The notes: generated by a model not told the origin, from the letters alone. 48,335 nt of DNA from Candidatus Phoenicimicrobium oleiphilum (GCA_039638295.1 JBDIWJ010000008.1:1-48335); one strand, 5' to 3'. Counted from the first letter of the stretch, positions 19,301 to 29,887 are shown. Translations and numbers: made by a program.

Positions 19301-20080
19301 CTATTCACTATATAATATTCTGCTGGCAGCAATAGCTGCTCCTAAAGCTCCTACTATCTGGGGTTCTTCGGGAACATAAACTTTAGCCTTTAACCTCTTC
19401 TTTAGGGCATGTACCATTCCTATATTTTTTGCTACTCCACCAGTTAGAGCGATAGTATTTTCCAGTCTCAACCTACAAGCCATACTACAAATTCGATTAG
19501 AAATAGCCTCATGCAATCCTCTAATAATATCTTCTTTTGCACAACCCTCGGCAATCAAAGAAATTACTTCCGATTCGGCAAATACAGTACACATACTACT
19601 TATGGTTATTTTCTTCTTTGACTTCAAGGATTCATTCCCCAATTCTTCTGTCTTCACGCCCAAGGCATTAGCCATAACTTCCAGAAATCTACCCGTTCCT
19701 GCAGCACATTTATCATTCATAACAAAATCAACTACTCGCCCATCTTGGTCTACACTTATTACTTTGCTGTCCTGTCCGCCAATATCAATAACTGTCCGAG
19801 TATCAGGATTCAGCCAATTTGCCCCTATGGCATGACAGGTAATTTCAGTGATAGATTTATCGGTAAAAGGTACACTTATTCTACCATAACCAGTAGCAAC
19901 TATAGCTTGTAAGTCTTTAAAATCATTTCCTGTTCTTTTAAGAGTAAGCTCTAAACAATCTTTAGTCAATTTATTTGCATCTGCGCCAGTGGGTACAATG
20001 GTAAATCCTTTTATTTTATTCTCTTCAAAGATAACCGCTTTAATAGTTAATGAACCTATATCTAACCCTGCTACAATCAT
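19301..20080 (-). CDS. 2-hydroxyacyl-CoA dehydratase activator (HgdC/HadI-like)
   Basis: ATGYGR, EITCHA, DIGGQDSK, MNDKCAAGTGRFLE, SSMCTVFAESE. Confidence 0.92.
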   Translation of the reverse strand: MIVAGLDIGSLTIKAVIFEENKIKGFTIVPTGADANKLTKDCLELTLKRTGNDFKDLQAIVATGYGRISVPFTDKSITEITCHAIGANWLNPDTRTVIDIGGQDSKVISVDQDGRVVDFVMNDKCAAGTGRFLEVMANALGVKTEELGNESLKSKKKITISSMCTVFAESEVISLIAEGCAKEDIIRGLHEAISNRICSMACRLRLENTIALTGGVAKNIGMVHALKKRLKAKVYVPEEPQIVGALGAAIAASRILYSE

Positions 20081-20253
20081 TTTTATCTTTCCTTTTTAAA
20101 AAATAACTTTATATAAAAATCATTACTTTTTATTATTTATTTTTTTCTAATACATTTATCTTTTTGCCCTGGATTTCCTGCTGGAGTTTACTCTCACGAA
20201 AGTGGAGACAGGAAAGAGATATAATCTTAAGTATAATTTACTTTTTAATCTAT

Positions 20254-21513
20254 TTAAGACAACATCTCCAGGAATGCTTCAATTCTGGTTCGGGTTTGAG
20301 CTTTAGAATAATTACGAGAATCAGCCCCATCTCCATCCAATATTAACATAGGCACTCCTTTCTTTTGCAAGAAGTCTTTTATAATATAAGCTCCCCCACA
20401 ACTTTGACGACACCCTCTTTGAGAGAAATGAATTACTCCATCTATATTATATCTCTTTACCAAATCATATACCGTCTTTACTCTCCTCTCTATAGGACCT
20501 ATTCCAAAATTAGAAGTCATCTTTTGCGCTAAACTTGCCCAGGGTCTTTGAGGATCTAAAGCTGACCAATAGACATAACTGACTTCTTCAAAGGAAATTA
20601 CCGCCTTATTTTCTTTGAGATTCTGTATTATTTCATTTTGATAATAGGGTCTTATCTGATGAAGCCAAAGAATTCTATGTTTCTCTTCTTTTATTACGCC
20701 AATCCCCTTGTCAACCCTTTCCCTCACCTCTTGATATAAAGTACGGTAAAATTCCAACCCTCTTTCTGTCCCCAAAGAAGAGAAAAACATATACAAGATA
20801 TAAGCCATAGCATCCCAACCCGATAAAGGAGAGGGAATATTTTCCCGAAATTTACTGAGTTTTATTATATATTCTCTGGCCTGGTTAGATAAATTAAAAG
20901 TATGGTTTATTCTTTCATTGTTTAATTGCTGCCCACTAATTTCATCTATTTTATGGGCAATTTCTTTTAATTGGGCAGCAAGATATTTCTGGGAATTTAA
21001 ATCATTATAATATGGAGTATCTATTAAATAATGCTCACAATTGTAATATTTACTTATACTATGAAAAAATTTAGTAGAGCCATCACATAATTGAGAACTG
21101 GAAATGATTAAATCTGGTTCAGGAAACCAGCCTTTTAAAACTAAGCCGGTTGCTACCCGATAAAATGAACACAAGTCGGTGGTGTAAAATTTCGATTCAG
21201 CGGTTTCTATAAAATAACTGGCTAAACCCACTGAAGCCAATACGCCGGAAATGAGCTCAGGGTAAATAGGAATAAGGCCAAGGGCATATAATAGTTCAGA
21301 AGGTGTATAAATATTAGTCCAAACTACTAATTTTCGTTTTTTACAGGCCTCTTTTAGTTGATAAAAAAGGAAATCTAACCAAAGTTTAAAACTTTTTGAA
21401 CTTTTCCTAAAATATATTTTTGAGCCTATATTGCCAAGCTGATAAGTATTAGAATTCTTAGCTATCTTTTTTATTAATGCAGATTTAAAATTATCATTAT
21501 AATTATCTAGCAA
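20254..21513 (-). CDS. 2-hydroxyacyl-CoA dehydratase subunit (HGD-D family)
   Basis: DLCSFYR, LCDG, IDGVIHF..GCR, TRTRIEAFLEML. Confidence 0.88.
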   Translation of the reverse strand: MLDNYNDNFKSALIKKIAKNSNTYQLGNIGSKIYFRKSSKSFKLWLDFLFYQLKEACKKRKLVVWTNIYTPSELLYALGLIPIYPELISGVLASVGLASYFIETAESKFYTTDLCSFYRVATGLVLKGWFPEPDLIISSSQLCDGSTKFFHSISKYYNCEHYLIDTPYYNDLNSQKYLAAQLKEIAHKIDEISGQQLNNERINHTFNLSNQAREYIIKLSKFRENIPSPLSGWDAMAYILYMFFSSLGTERGLEFYRTLYQEVRERVDKGIGVIKEEKHRILWLHQIRPYYQNEIIQNLKENKAVISFEEVSYVYWSALDPQRPWASLAQKMTSNFGIGPIERRVKTVYDLVKRYNIDGVIHFSQRGCRQSCGGAYIIKDFLQKKGVPMLILDGDGADSRNYSKAQTRTRIEAFLEMLS

Positions 21514-22642
21514 ATTCTAATACCTCCAAAAAAGCTTGAATCCTGGTCTTTACTCTTCCCAAATTGTTGGAAGCAAATTCTCCTTCCAGGCAAAGACTGG
21601 GAATTTTATTTTTTTGTAACTTTTCCCTTATCAAAGGCAATTCAAACATAGAAGTATCACAAAATTTTAAATTATAAAAGATTACTCCTTTTACCTGATA
21701 ATCTTTAATAATTTTTAAAAGATATTCCCATCTTTTTTCTAAATTCATCATTCGGGGGCATGGAATCTTTCTTAAATAATATTCGGCTAATACTCTGAGA
21801 GGATCACTATTTGTCTGTTTTATTTCAGAAATTTTACTTTGGTCTGAGAAATACCGATTCCCGGTGCACATATCCACAAATACTACTCTTCCTCCATAAT
21901 CTTCTACCACTTTTGCCATACTTAAGTCATCCATAACCGTTCCGGTAATAAGAATTTTAGATTTATTCTTAATCTGGGAGGTTTCAGGTAAAATATTCTC
22001 TTCTTTTTTTAGATCTTTCAGGAATTTTTCTAAAAGTATATTATATTCTTCTTGGGGGAAAATCATACTCCCTTTGACTATTTGCAGAAATTCTACAGCT
22101 GATAAAGAAATCTTTTCCTTTACATATAAGTCAGACAATTCTGTTAATAATTTACGGGTCTTGTTACAGACCAAAATTGCTTGTGAGAGCAAATCCTCAG
22201 ATATTTTTATCTTGAATTTTTCTTCTAACCTATCTATTAGCAATTGAAGATTGGCCTGATAATATTTAATAGCTTTCGCAGAATCATCTCGGGGTAAATC
22301 TAATAAATAGATGAATGCTCCCTGGACATAATGTCTCCAGGCATCATAAAGTCTACGCATAGCATCACAAGAATTTACTATTATTAAATTATCTGCATAT
22401 TCCGGTCTTTTTTCCAGTGCCTCTCCTAGACAACTGCGAACATAAGGGCAAAAATTACTATCCAAATATGAATTAGCCAGAGAAGGATCTTCGACAGGTA
22501 TAATTCTATATGGATAAAATCCAGCAGCTATAATTATTTCAACTGGGGTATAGGTACATACCCATCCCATTCTCGGTTTCTTGATAGATTCGAAAATTCT
22601 CTCTTTATGCTGAATATAATCTAAAAACTCCTTTTTTATCAT
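21503..22642 (-). CDS. 2-hydroxyacyl-CoA dehydratase subunit (HGD-D family)
   Basis: CTYTPVEII.AAG, NFCPYVRS, NSCDAMRR, CTG, KFCD, KTRIQAFLE. Confidence 0.88.
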   Translation of the reverse strand: MIKKEFLDYIQHKERIFESIKKPRMGWVCTYTPVEIIIAAGFYPYRIIPVEDPSLANSYLDSNFCPYVRSCLGEALEKRPEYADNLIIVNSCDAMRRLYDAWRHYVQGAFIYLLDLPRDDSAKAIKYYQANLQLLIDRLEEKFKIKISEDLLSQAILVCNKTRKLLTELSDLYVKEKISLSAVEFLQIVKGSMIFPQEEYNILLEKFLKDLKKEENILPETSQIKNKSKILITGTVMDDLSMAKVVEDYGGRVVFVDMCTGNRYFSDQSKISEIKQTNSDPLRVLAEYYLRKIPCPRMMNLEKRWEYLLKIIKDYQVKGVIFYNLKFCDTSMFELPLIREKLQKNKIPSLCLEGEFASNNLGRVKTRIQAFLEVLEFAR

Positions 22643-22654
22643 TTTATCATCTGG

Positions 22655-23125
22655 TTATTTCTTTTTAAAAGCCTGAATCATAATAGTTATACCTACAGCA
22701 ATTAAAATTAGTGGCCAAAGTCTTCCCCAACCTACCCAGGGGAAAAAACTGTTTAGTAAAAAGATTAAACCTATAACTATTACAATTATACCCCCCAAAA
22801 TCCTTCTATTCTTCTCTGACTTATGGTAAGATTCTTCTGATTCAAAATGTTCTTTAACCTCTTCTATGACATCCTCAGCACCTTTCTTAATCTTTTCTTT
22901 TAATTTTTCTCTATTTTCAAAATTTTCGTCAGAAACTTGTTCTGGATTTTTAGGAATTACAATCCAGGCAATAATATAGGCAACGACTCCTGCTCCTCCT
23001 AAAAGAACAATCAACACCGCCATTAATCTCACTAAGGTAGAATCAATATCAAAATATTCAGCAATCCCTCCACATACACCAGCAATCATATAATCCTTCC
23101 TTGACCTGTAAAGTTTCTTCTGCAT
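22655..23125 (-). CDS. PspC-domain membrane protein
   Basis: KKLYRSRKDYMIAGVCGGIAEYF; C-terminal LWPLILI TM hairpin. Confidence 0.9.
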   Translation of the reverse strand: MQKKLYRSRKDYMIAGVCGGIAEYFDIDSTLVRLMAVLIVLLGGAGVVAYIIAWIVIPKNPEQVSDENFENREKLKEKIKKGAEDVIEEVKEHFESEESYHKSEKNRRILGGIIVIVIGLIFLLNSFFPWVGWGRLWPLILIAVGITIMIQAFKKK

Positions 23126-23154
23126 AATTAAATTTACCTCCTTTCAATTTATAG

Positions 23155-23285
23155 TCTTTAGTGAATAGTGAATAGTCGTTTGTATTTAATTAGCTAGTTA
23201 AATGGTCTGTTGGTTAATTAGTTTAAATTAATTCTTCAATATACTCATTCCTCAACTAACTAACTAGATAACCAGGTAATTAAAT
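23155..23285. repeat. Heptamer/octamer tandem repeat tract
   Basis: GTCTTTA GTGAATA GTGAATA GTCGTTT GTATTTA followed by ~8-bp GTT/AAC-periodic units. Confidence 0.55.
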
Positions 23286-23292
23286 CTACCCG

Positions 23293-23775
23293 CTATTTTT
23301 TGTATCCGATCATCCTTAAGAACTCTTTTCGCTCCTGAACATCTTTGTCGGTCTCTACACCTTTGGGAGAGTTCCCATCAATTACTCCCAGCACTCCTCT
23401 TCCCAAATCAGTTTCAACAATTATCACTTCAACTTCATTGGCAGTAGCACAGAATATGGAACATATTTCTGGACAATTTTTTATAGCATTCAATACATTT
23501 ATAGGATATGCATCTTTTAAAATAATTACAAATACATGCCCTGCCCCAATAGCTTTTACATTCTTTATTGCTAAGTTTTTTAGCTCTGGATTATTTCCTT
23601 CTGCCCTCACCAGACAAGGACCAGAAGCCTCATTAAAAGCTAGACCAAATTTTGCTCCTGGCACAGCAGTGACCATCACTTCATAGAGGTCTTCTGCAGT
23701 CTTAATAAAATGAGTCTGACCGATAATAATATTTGCTTCCTCAGGAAATTCCATTTTTACTGTTTTTAATTCCAT
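23293..23775 (-). CDS. Adenosine-specific kinase family (DUF355) protein
   Basis: NIIIGQTHFIKT.EDL, FNEASG, CATAN, GRGVLGVIDG, RKEFLRMIGYK. Confidence 0.88.
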   Translation of the reverse strand: MELKTVKMEFPEEANIIIGQTHFIKTAEDLYEVMVTAVPGAKFGLAFNEASGPCLVRAEGNNPELKNLAIKNVKAIGAGHVFVIILKDAYPINVLNAIKNCPEICSIFCATANEVEVIIVETDLGRGVLGVIDGNSPKGVETDKDVQERKEFLRMIGYKK

Positions 23776-23962
23776 TTACCTTACCTCCTAAGAAATTTTT
23801 AAATATATAAAATTATTCAATCTTTGGTTATTTCTGTTACACTCAATTTTACAAGCATAAAAAGCAGAAATAACCTATTTTTTATCTTACTTGTTCTTAT
23901 TCTATCTATATTTAAACATCATTTTCCCTATTTTTTCAAGATATAAAAACATTTTTATAGGC

Positions 23963-24076
23963 TTGTCAGGGCACAACGAATTGTGCTCTCGCCATATTAT
24001 TGCCTAATTTCTCCTATGAGCACGATGCATCGTGGCCATACACTACTATTTTGTGTACTTTTTGGGTTATAATTAT
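23963..24076 (+). repeat. Composite dispersed element, copy 3 (right module only)
   Basis: GGGCACAACGAATTGTGCTC ... CACGATGCATCGTG ... CTTTTTGGGTTATAATTAT. Confidence 0.88.
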
Positions 24077-24204
24077 TTTATCTTACTCTTTTAATTATGA
24101 TATAATTTTATATATTTTACCATAGTTTATATAAAAAATTTAGTATTATCTTGATTATAGAGGAATTTTCTTTTTCCGTAAGCTCTATTTACATCTCTTA
24201 AAGA

Positions 24205-24350
24205 TGGTTAGCCAGTTTACCAGTTACCCGGTTAAATAATTAAAACCAGATTGGTCAATTGTATCAACTAACTCACCTCTTGCTACTGAGAACCTGTATT
24301 TAAAATTAATGACTAGTATTAACTGGTCAACTAATATTCTAACGACTGAT
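24205..24350. repeat. Octamer tandem repeat tract
   Basis: GGTTAGCC AGTTTACC AGTTACCC GGTTAAAT and related CAACTAAC units. Confidence 0.5.
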
Positions 24351-24365
24351 TTAAGGAGACTCTTG

Positions 24366-25541
24366 ATGAATTTTTGGGCTAAAATCCGTCAATCTTTATT
24401 TATCGAACAGAATGTTTTTGTATTATCAATAACAGTTCTATTTGTCCTAATAGCTTTTTTTGTCTGGTATCCTGTTCTTCCTATTTATCTTCAAGAATTA
24501 GGAGCAAACGATTTTCAAGTGGGATTTTCTTACACCTTACTTGCTCTATCTTATACTCTAATGCAATTTTTAGGAGGAATACTCTCTGACCATTTTGGTC
24601 GCAAGTTATTAATAATTATTCCTAGTTTTGTTTTTCCTTTCTTATATTTCTTAGCTGGCAATTCTTCTAATTGGATCATTTTAATATTTTTTCTCATCAT
24701 CGCTAACAGCTTGAGTGCTCTTCAATTACCCTCTTTCTATTCAATGATTGCTGAATCTGTGCCAAAATATAAAAGAGGTATAGCTTTTAGCAGATTCGAG
24801 TTATTTGTAATTTTAGGAATTACCATAGGACCTGCCGTAGGAATGGTGTTGATTCCTCGATTAGAGATAAAATATTTATTTTATCTTACTTCTCTAACTA
24901 CTTTTTTCTGTGCTTTAGCCAGGACGTTTTGGTTAAAAGAAACTCATCACTACCGTACAAAAATTAAAAAATTTGATTCTTTTAAAAAATTATTTAATAA
25001 AAAGATGCTGCTTATCATTTTAGCTCTTTCTTCCCTCTTTCTTTTATTTAATCTTGCCACTCACGGACCTTTTATATCTTTATATGCTAATGAAGTAATG
25101 AATTTGGATAAATCCAAAATCAATTTGCTTTTTGCCTTAGGAGGACTTGCAGCAGTTATATATAGTCTCTGGGGAGGAAAAATCATTGATAAATGGGGTA
25201 GTAAAAAGGTATTATTATTGAGTTCGGCTGGTTTAGGAACATTTCTAATCTTGTGGAGCTTAAGTTCTCCCTTATGGCCCGCAATTACTCTATTTGCCAT
25301 ATTATACATTTTTTCCCAGAGTTGTCATATTGCTTATGATTCATTTTTGGCTGATATTACTCACCAAGAATCAAGAGGACTGGTAATCGGTTTTATCGGT
25401 ACCTGCACTGGTTTAATCGGATCTCTTGGACCTTCTCTTGGAGGATATTTAAAGTCCCAGATTGGTCCCTCATCACCCTTCTGGGCTGGATTAATATTTG
25501 CTTTAGCAACCTCTTTATTATTAACAAAACTGAAAGATTAA
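24366..25541 (+). CDS. MFS transporter
   Basis: GILSDHFGRK and GKIIDKWGSK motif-A loops, ~12 TM; AAGGAG RBS before the ATG at 24366. Confidence 0.9.
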   Translation: MNFWAKIRQSLFIEQNVFVLSITVLFVLIAFFVWYPVLPIYLQELGANDFQVGFSYTLLALSYTLMQFLGGILSDHFGRKLLIIIPSFVFPFLYFLAGNSSNWIILIFFLIIANSLSALQLPSFYSMIAESVPKYKRGIAFSRFELFVILGITIGPAVGMVLIPRLEIKYLFYLTSLTTFFCALARTFWLKETHHYRTKIKKFDSFKKLFNKKMLLIILALSSLFLLFNLATHGPFISLYANEVMNLDKSKINLLFALGGLAAVIYSLWGGKIIDKWGSKKVLLLSSAGLGTFLILWSLSSPLWPAITLFAILYIFSQSCHIAYDSFLADITHQESRGLVIGFIGTCTGLIGSLGPSLGGYLKSQIGPSSPFWAGLIFALATSLLLTKLKD

Positions 25542-25637
25542 AAGTTTACTTCCTTTTAAATATTTTTGTTTCCTTGCCTTAAAGACTACCATACCGGCTC
25601 AATTAGTGATAAAATAGTTACGAAAAATCTTTATATT

Positions 25638-25851
25638 TATAGTTATTTCCAAAAAGCAAAAACATTTTCAACTACCTATATATAGTGCGTTACAGATAAT
25701 TTTTATAACAAATTATAACTTTTTTAATATAATTATATTGTAGAGGCACAATGAGTTGCGCCCTCACCATATTGTTACCTAATTTCGCTTATGGGTACGA
25801 TGCATCGTGCCCATACATTACTATTTTGTGTACTTTTTGGGTTATAATCAT
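25638..25851 (+). repeat. Composite dispersed element, copy 4
   Basis: TATAGTTATTTCCAAAAAG left end; REP doublet; CTTTTTGGGTTATAATCAT right end. Confidence 0.9.
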
Positions 25852-25899
25852 TTATTGAATATTGAATCTAAACAACACTTCTGATTAAGGGTAAAACAA

Positions 25900-26649
25900 A
25901 TGCAGAGAAATCTTTTCATTGGCACAAGTGGATATAGTTACAAACACTGGTCAGATGGAGTATTCTATCCTCCAGAAATTTCTTCTACTAAATGGTTAGA
26001 GTATTATTGTCAATTTTTTAATACTGTGGAATTAAATATGACTTTTTACCGTCTTCCCAAAAAAGAAACCTTTAAAAGATGGTATGAACGTACTCCAGAT
26101 AATTTTACTTTTGCGGTTAAGGGAAGTCGTTTTATTACCCATATAAAAAAATTAAATAATTGTGAAGAACCTTTAGAGCTATTTTTGTCTTATGTTCAGG
26201 AATTAAAGGGGAAACTGGGAGTAGTTTTATGGCAACTTCCTCCTAATCTTCACTTTGATGAGGAAAGAATAAGTTATTTTTGTCAATTATTAAAAAGTTT
26301 TTGTCTTTCCCAAAATATTTCTCAAACTTTCGAATTTCGCCATAAAAGCTGGTTCTGCCCAGAACTTTTCAATATACTAAAAGATTATAATTTTTCACTA
26401 TGTATAGCACATTCCAAACGCTGGCCCTATATAGAAAAAATCATCGCCAATTTTGTATATCTTAGATTTCATGGGGGGGAAGAATTGTACGGCTCGAGTT
26501 ATTCAGATAGAGAACTTAAATATTGGGCTGATAAAAGTAGACATTGGTCTAAAGAAGGAAAAATCATCTATGCTTATTTTAATAATGATGCTTATGGATA
26601 CGCAGTGAAAAATGCTCTAAAATTTAAAGAGTTATTAGAAAACATATAA
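25900..26649 (+). CDS. DUF72 (YecE-like) protein
   Basis: IGTSGYSY..W, TVELN.TFY, ITH, LWQLPP, EFRH.SW, YLRFHG, YFNND. Confidence 0.92.
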   Translation: MQRNLFIGTSGYSYKHWSDGVFYPPEISSTKWLEYYCQFFNTVELNMTFYRLPKKETFKRWYERTPDNFTFAVKGSRFITHIKKLNNCEEPLELFLSYVQELKGKLGVVLWQLPPNLHFDEERISYFCQLLKSFCLSQNISQTFEFRHKSWFCPELFNILKDYNFSLCIAHSKRWPYIEKIIANFVYLRFHGGEELYGSSYSDRELKYWADKSRHWSKEGKIIYAYFNNDAYGYAVKNALKFKELLENI

Positions 26650-26731
26650 AAAATAAACATAATCTGATTCTCATCCTTGTAATCTGTGCTATATATAATC
26701 TGAGTAATCATTTTACTAAAAGGAGAAAATT

Positions 26732-27805
26732 ATGCGAACTGGAATTGCTAATTTACCCTTACATTATGGTAAAGCTCCTCGATGGCTTTTTCAGAGAATG
26801 AAAGAATTGGCTCGCCTTATTACCATCTTTGTAATAAGTGAATACGGACCCGAAGAGATGCTAAAGAAACTTTCTGACCCTTTCTGGTTTCAAGCCTTTG
26901 GATGTGTATTAGGTTTTGATTGGCACTCCAGTGGAATTACCACCACAGTCTGTGGAGCCTTAAAAGAAGGTATAAAGGGAATAGAAAAAGATTTAGGTTT
27001 ATTTGTCGCTGGAGGCAAGGGGGGAACTTCTCGCAAAACTCCATTAGAGATCGAACAAGTTGGAACTTATCTTAACCAAAACCCTTTAAAACTTATCTAT
27101 GCCAGTAAAATGGTGGCTAAAGTGGATAGTTCAGCCCTTCAAGATAGCTATCAACTCTACCATCATTGTTTTATCTTTTCCAAAAATGGTTTATGGACAG
27201 TAGTTCAACAGGGGATGAATACTTCTACTCGCTATGCCCGAAGATATCATTGGTTAGGGGAAGAGGTTAAAGATTTCGTCTGTGAACCTCATTCAGCAAT
27301 ATGTTGTGATAAGAAAGGTAAAGCTTTAAATATGGTTGCCAAAAAAAGTAAAAAAGCCAGAGAAGTAACTACTTTACTGGCTAAGGAAAAACCTGAAGGA
27401 CTAATATCAGAAATAAAAAAATTACAAAATCTGAATTTGCCTACTCATCACCAGGTCTTAGTAAAAGATATAAATCCAGAAAGGTTGAATAAAATATTTT
27501 TAACCACTTATGATAAACAACCGGAAAACTTCGAAGAATTATTGGGAATAAAAGGAGTAGGCCCCAAGACTATCCGAGCTCTAAGTCTAATTTCCGAATT
27601 GGTTTATGGTACAGCTCCCAGTTTTAACGACCCAGTAAGATATAGTTTTGCCCATGGAGGTAAGGATGGTCACCCCTATCCAGTAGATAGAAAAAATTAC
27701 GACCTTTCTATCAATATATTAAAAAAAGCTATCAACTCATTAAAAATCGAGCAAAGTGAAAAGATCAATGCAATTAAAAGATTACACAATTTTTATCCCG
27801 CTTGA
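26732..27805 (+). CDS. DUF763 protein with helix-hairpin-helix motif
   Basis: LPLHYGKAPRWL, DWHSSG.TT, VVQQGMN, ARRYHW, LLGIKGVGPKT, AHGGKDGHP. Confidence 0.9.
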   Translation: MRTGIANLPLHYGKAPRWLFQRMKELARLITIFVISEYGPEEMLKKLSDPFWFQAFGCVLGFDWHSSGITTTVCGALKEGIKGIEKDLGLFVAGGKGGTSRKTPLEIEQVGTYLNQNPLKLIYASKMVAKVDSSALQDSYQLYHHCFIFSKNGLWTVVQQGMNTSTRYARRYHWLGEEVKDFVCEPHSAICCDKKGKALNMVAKKSKKAREVTTLLAKEKPEGLISEIKKLQNLNLPTHHQVLVKDINPERLNKIFLTTYDKQPENFEELLGIKGVGPKTIRALSLISELVYGTAPSFNDPVRYSFAHGGKDGHPYPVDRKNYDLSINILKKAINSLKIEQSEKINAIKRLHNFYPA

Positions 27806-27817
27806 TTTTTTATAAAT

Positions 27818-27941
27818 TAGTCTATAGTATGTCGTATGTAGGATATAGTAAAGAATAGTGTAGAGCGGATAGAGAATAGCGTTTAGGAAATAGGGGTTTG
27901 ATTTATCCAACCCGTTTCGGGGCGGATGAATTCGCCCCCAC
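27818..27941. repeat. Heptamer tandem repeats plus REP doublet (27890-27941)
   Basis: TAGTCTA TAGTATG TCGTATG TAGGATA; TAGGGGTTTGATTTATCCAACCCGTTTCGGGGCGGATGAATTCGCCCCCAC, homologous to the reverse complement of 17837-17889. Confidence 0.7.
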
Positions 27942-28029
27942 AAAAAAATCTCAAAATATATTCAGAATTTTTATTATCTTTTCTCTTTAAAAAAGAGAGT
28001 TATTGGATATATAAATCAAGGAGGATAAG

Positions 28030-28794
28030 ATGCAAAAAACAAATAAAAAAGAAATAAAAAGATACAAATCCGTATTTTTCGATTTCGGAGGAACTTTGAT
28101 GAATGCCGAAAGTGATAATATTGCCCATCTTCACATGATGGAAGATATCATTCAAAAATATAACCTTTCTGTTCGTCCAGAAGATTTAGTCACTAAGTAT
28201 AATTCCTTTCTCTTTACTAAAGAAATGACTTTGTTAGATTCCTACCCAGAAGATAAATCCTTTACCCCTCTTCGCGAGTCCACCAAAAAAGCTTTTATAG
28301 GAATACTTTCAGAATATAATGTCCGCCCTTCAAAAGAAGATTATCATTGGTTTAAAAAAATGTATTTTGAAAATCATAAAAAATATGTAAAATTATTCCC
28401 CGAAACCCTTGAAATCATCAAACACCTTAGAAACCATAAGTCTATTCATATAGGAATTATCAGTGATATAGATAATGATTATCAAGATTTTCAATTCAAG
28501 GTCTTTGGAATTAAAGAAATGTTTGACTCTATTACCACTTCAGAAGAAGTAAAATCTTATAAGCCAGAATCAAAAATTTTTCAAGTAGCTTTAAAAAAAG
28601 CTGGTTGTCGAGGGGAAGAATCAATTATGGTAGGTGATTCTTATAAAAAAGATATTATCGGAGGGAAAAATATGGGTATGACTACCATCTGGATAAATAA
28701 GTTCTCCGGAGATGATACCGATAAGGATAAAGCAGACTTTATAGTAAAAGATTTAAAAGAAATATCGCCAATCCTCGACAAACTTATTAAATGA
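28030..28794 (+). CDS. HAD-superfamily hydrolase (YjjG-like)
   Basis: FFDFGGTL, IISD, KPESKIF, MVGDSYKKDIIGG. Confidence 0.9.
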   Translation: MQKTNKKEIKRYKSVFFDFGGTLMNAESDNIAHLHMMEDIIQKYNLSVRPEDLVTKYNSFLFTKEMTLLDSYPEDKSFTPLRESTKKAFIGILSEYNVRPSKEDYHWFKKMYFENHKKYVKLFPETLEIIKHLRNHKSIHIGIISDIDNDYQDFQFKVFGIKEMFDSITTSEEVKSYKPESKIFQVALKKAGCRGEESIMVGDSYKKDIIGGKNMGMTTIWINKFSGDDTDKDKADFIVKDLKEISPILDKLIK

Positions 28795-29887
28795 CTTCTA
28801 CTCTATTTCTACCTTTTCGTTTAGCTAAATAAAGGGCTTGATCGACTTTATATATTAAACCTTGCAGAGAGATGATCTCCTGAAAGCAAGAGGTTACCCC
28901 TAAGCTTAAAGTTAATTTTGTTTCACCAGAGTGGTCTTCATTATCTATAAATTTATATCTTTCGACTTTGAGTCTTATTCGTTCAGCTATTTCCTGAGCT
29001 TCTTTTTGGTCAGCCTCAGGGAGAATAATAATAAATTCATCGCCACCATATCTTCCTACTATATCTACTTCCCGAATATTAATTTTGAGAATATTAGCTA
29101 AACTTTTTAAAACCCTATTCCCTTCCAGATGCCCAAAAGTATCATTATACTCTTTAAAATGATCTATATCTGCCATAATTAAAGCTAATGACCGCTCATA
29201 TCGCTGAGCTCTCTTTATTTCTTCTTCTAAACGCTCTATTAGATATCTAAAATTATAAAGGCCAGTTAGCTCATCGGTAATAGCTAAATTTTTCATTTGC
29301 TGATGTAGTTGAGCATTCTGAATAGCTATGGCAGCTTCATTGGCAAAGTCAGAAAGAAGCTGTAAATCATCTAAATCAAATAGCTCTCCCTTTAATTTAT
29401 TATCTACATTAATTACTCCAATTGTTTCATCTTTTATCTTTAAGGGAACGCTTATTATCGACTTTAATTCCTCTTCGATATTTTCAAATTTTTTAAATCT
29501 CGGATCTTTTGCTCCTTCTTCTATTAATAAAGGCTTACCTTCTATAAAGACCCAACCGGCAATTCCTTCTCCTGGCTTAATTCGTACGCCGGAAACAGTC
29601 TTTTCACTCAAACCTATTGAGCTTTTAATATATAATTTCTCACTCTGAGAATCAAAGAGCATTAAAGAACCTCTCTCCGCTTCAATTATTTTAACACATT
29701 TTTCTATGATTAAATTTAAAATCTTATCTAAATTGGAACCAATATTTATCTCTGAAATTATTAACCTCAAAGCAGACAGTTTCTTAGCGAGCCTTTCTCG
29801 ATCTTTTTTTAAAATCTCAAGCTTTTCTTTTAAATTTTCTAATTTTGTTTTATTTTGGTTTAACATTGAAAATATGCTATTCCTCAT
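28787..29887 (-). CDS. GAF-GGDEF diguanylate cyclase
   Basis: GAF (GEGIAGWV, ISVPL); TDELTGLYN, DIDHFK, REVD I-site, intact GGDEF. Confidence 0.93.
   Translation of the reverse strand: MRNSIFSMLNQNKTKLENLKEKLEILKKDRERLAKKLSALRLIISEINIGSNLDKILNLIIEKCVKIIEAERGSLMLFDSQSEKLYIKSSIGLSEKTVSGVRIKPGEGIAGWVFIEGKPLLIEEGAKDPRFKKFENIEEELKSIISVPLKIKDETIGVINVDNKLKGELFDLDDLQLLSDFANEAAIAIQNAQLHQQMKNLAITDELTGLYNFRYLIERLEEEIKRAQRYERSLALIMADIDHFKEYNDTFGHLEGNRVLKSLANILKINIREVDIVGRYGGDEFIIILPEADQKEAQEIAERIRLKVERYKFIDNEDHSGETKLTLSLGVTSCFQEIISLQGLIYKVDQALYLAKRKGRNRVEVI

Noticed and set aside
8938..22642. Selenocysteine/pyrrolysine readthrough in the Fe-S enzymes
   Set aside because: All ORFs appear full length with family-typical C-termini; no in-frame TGA/TAG splitting a domain was noticed.
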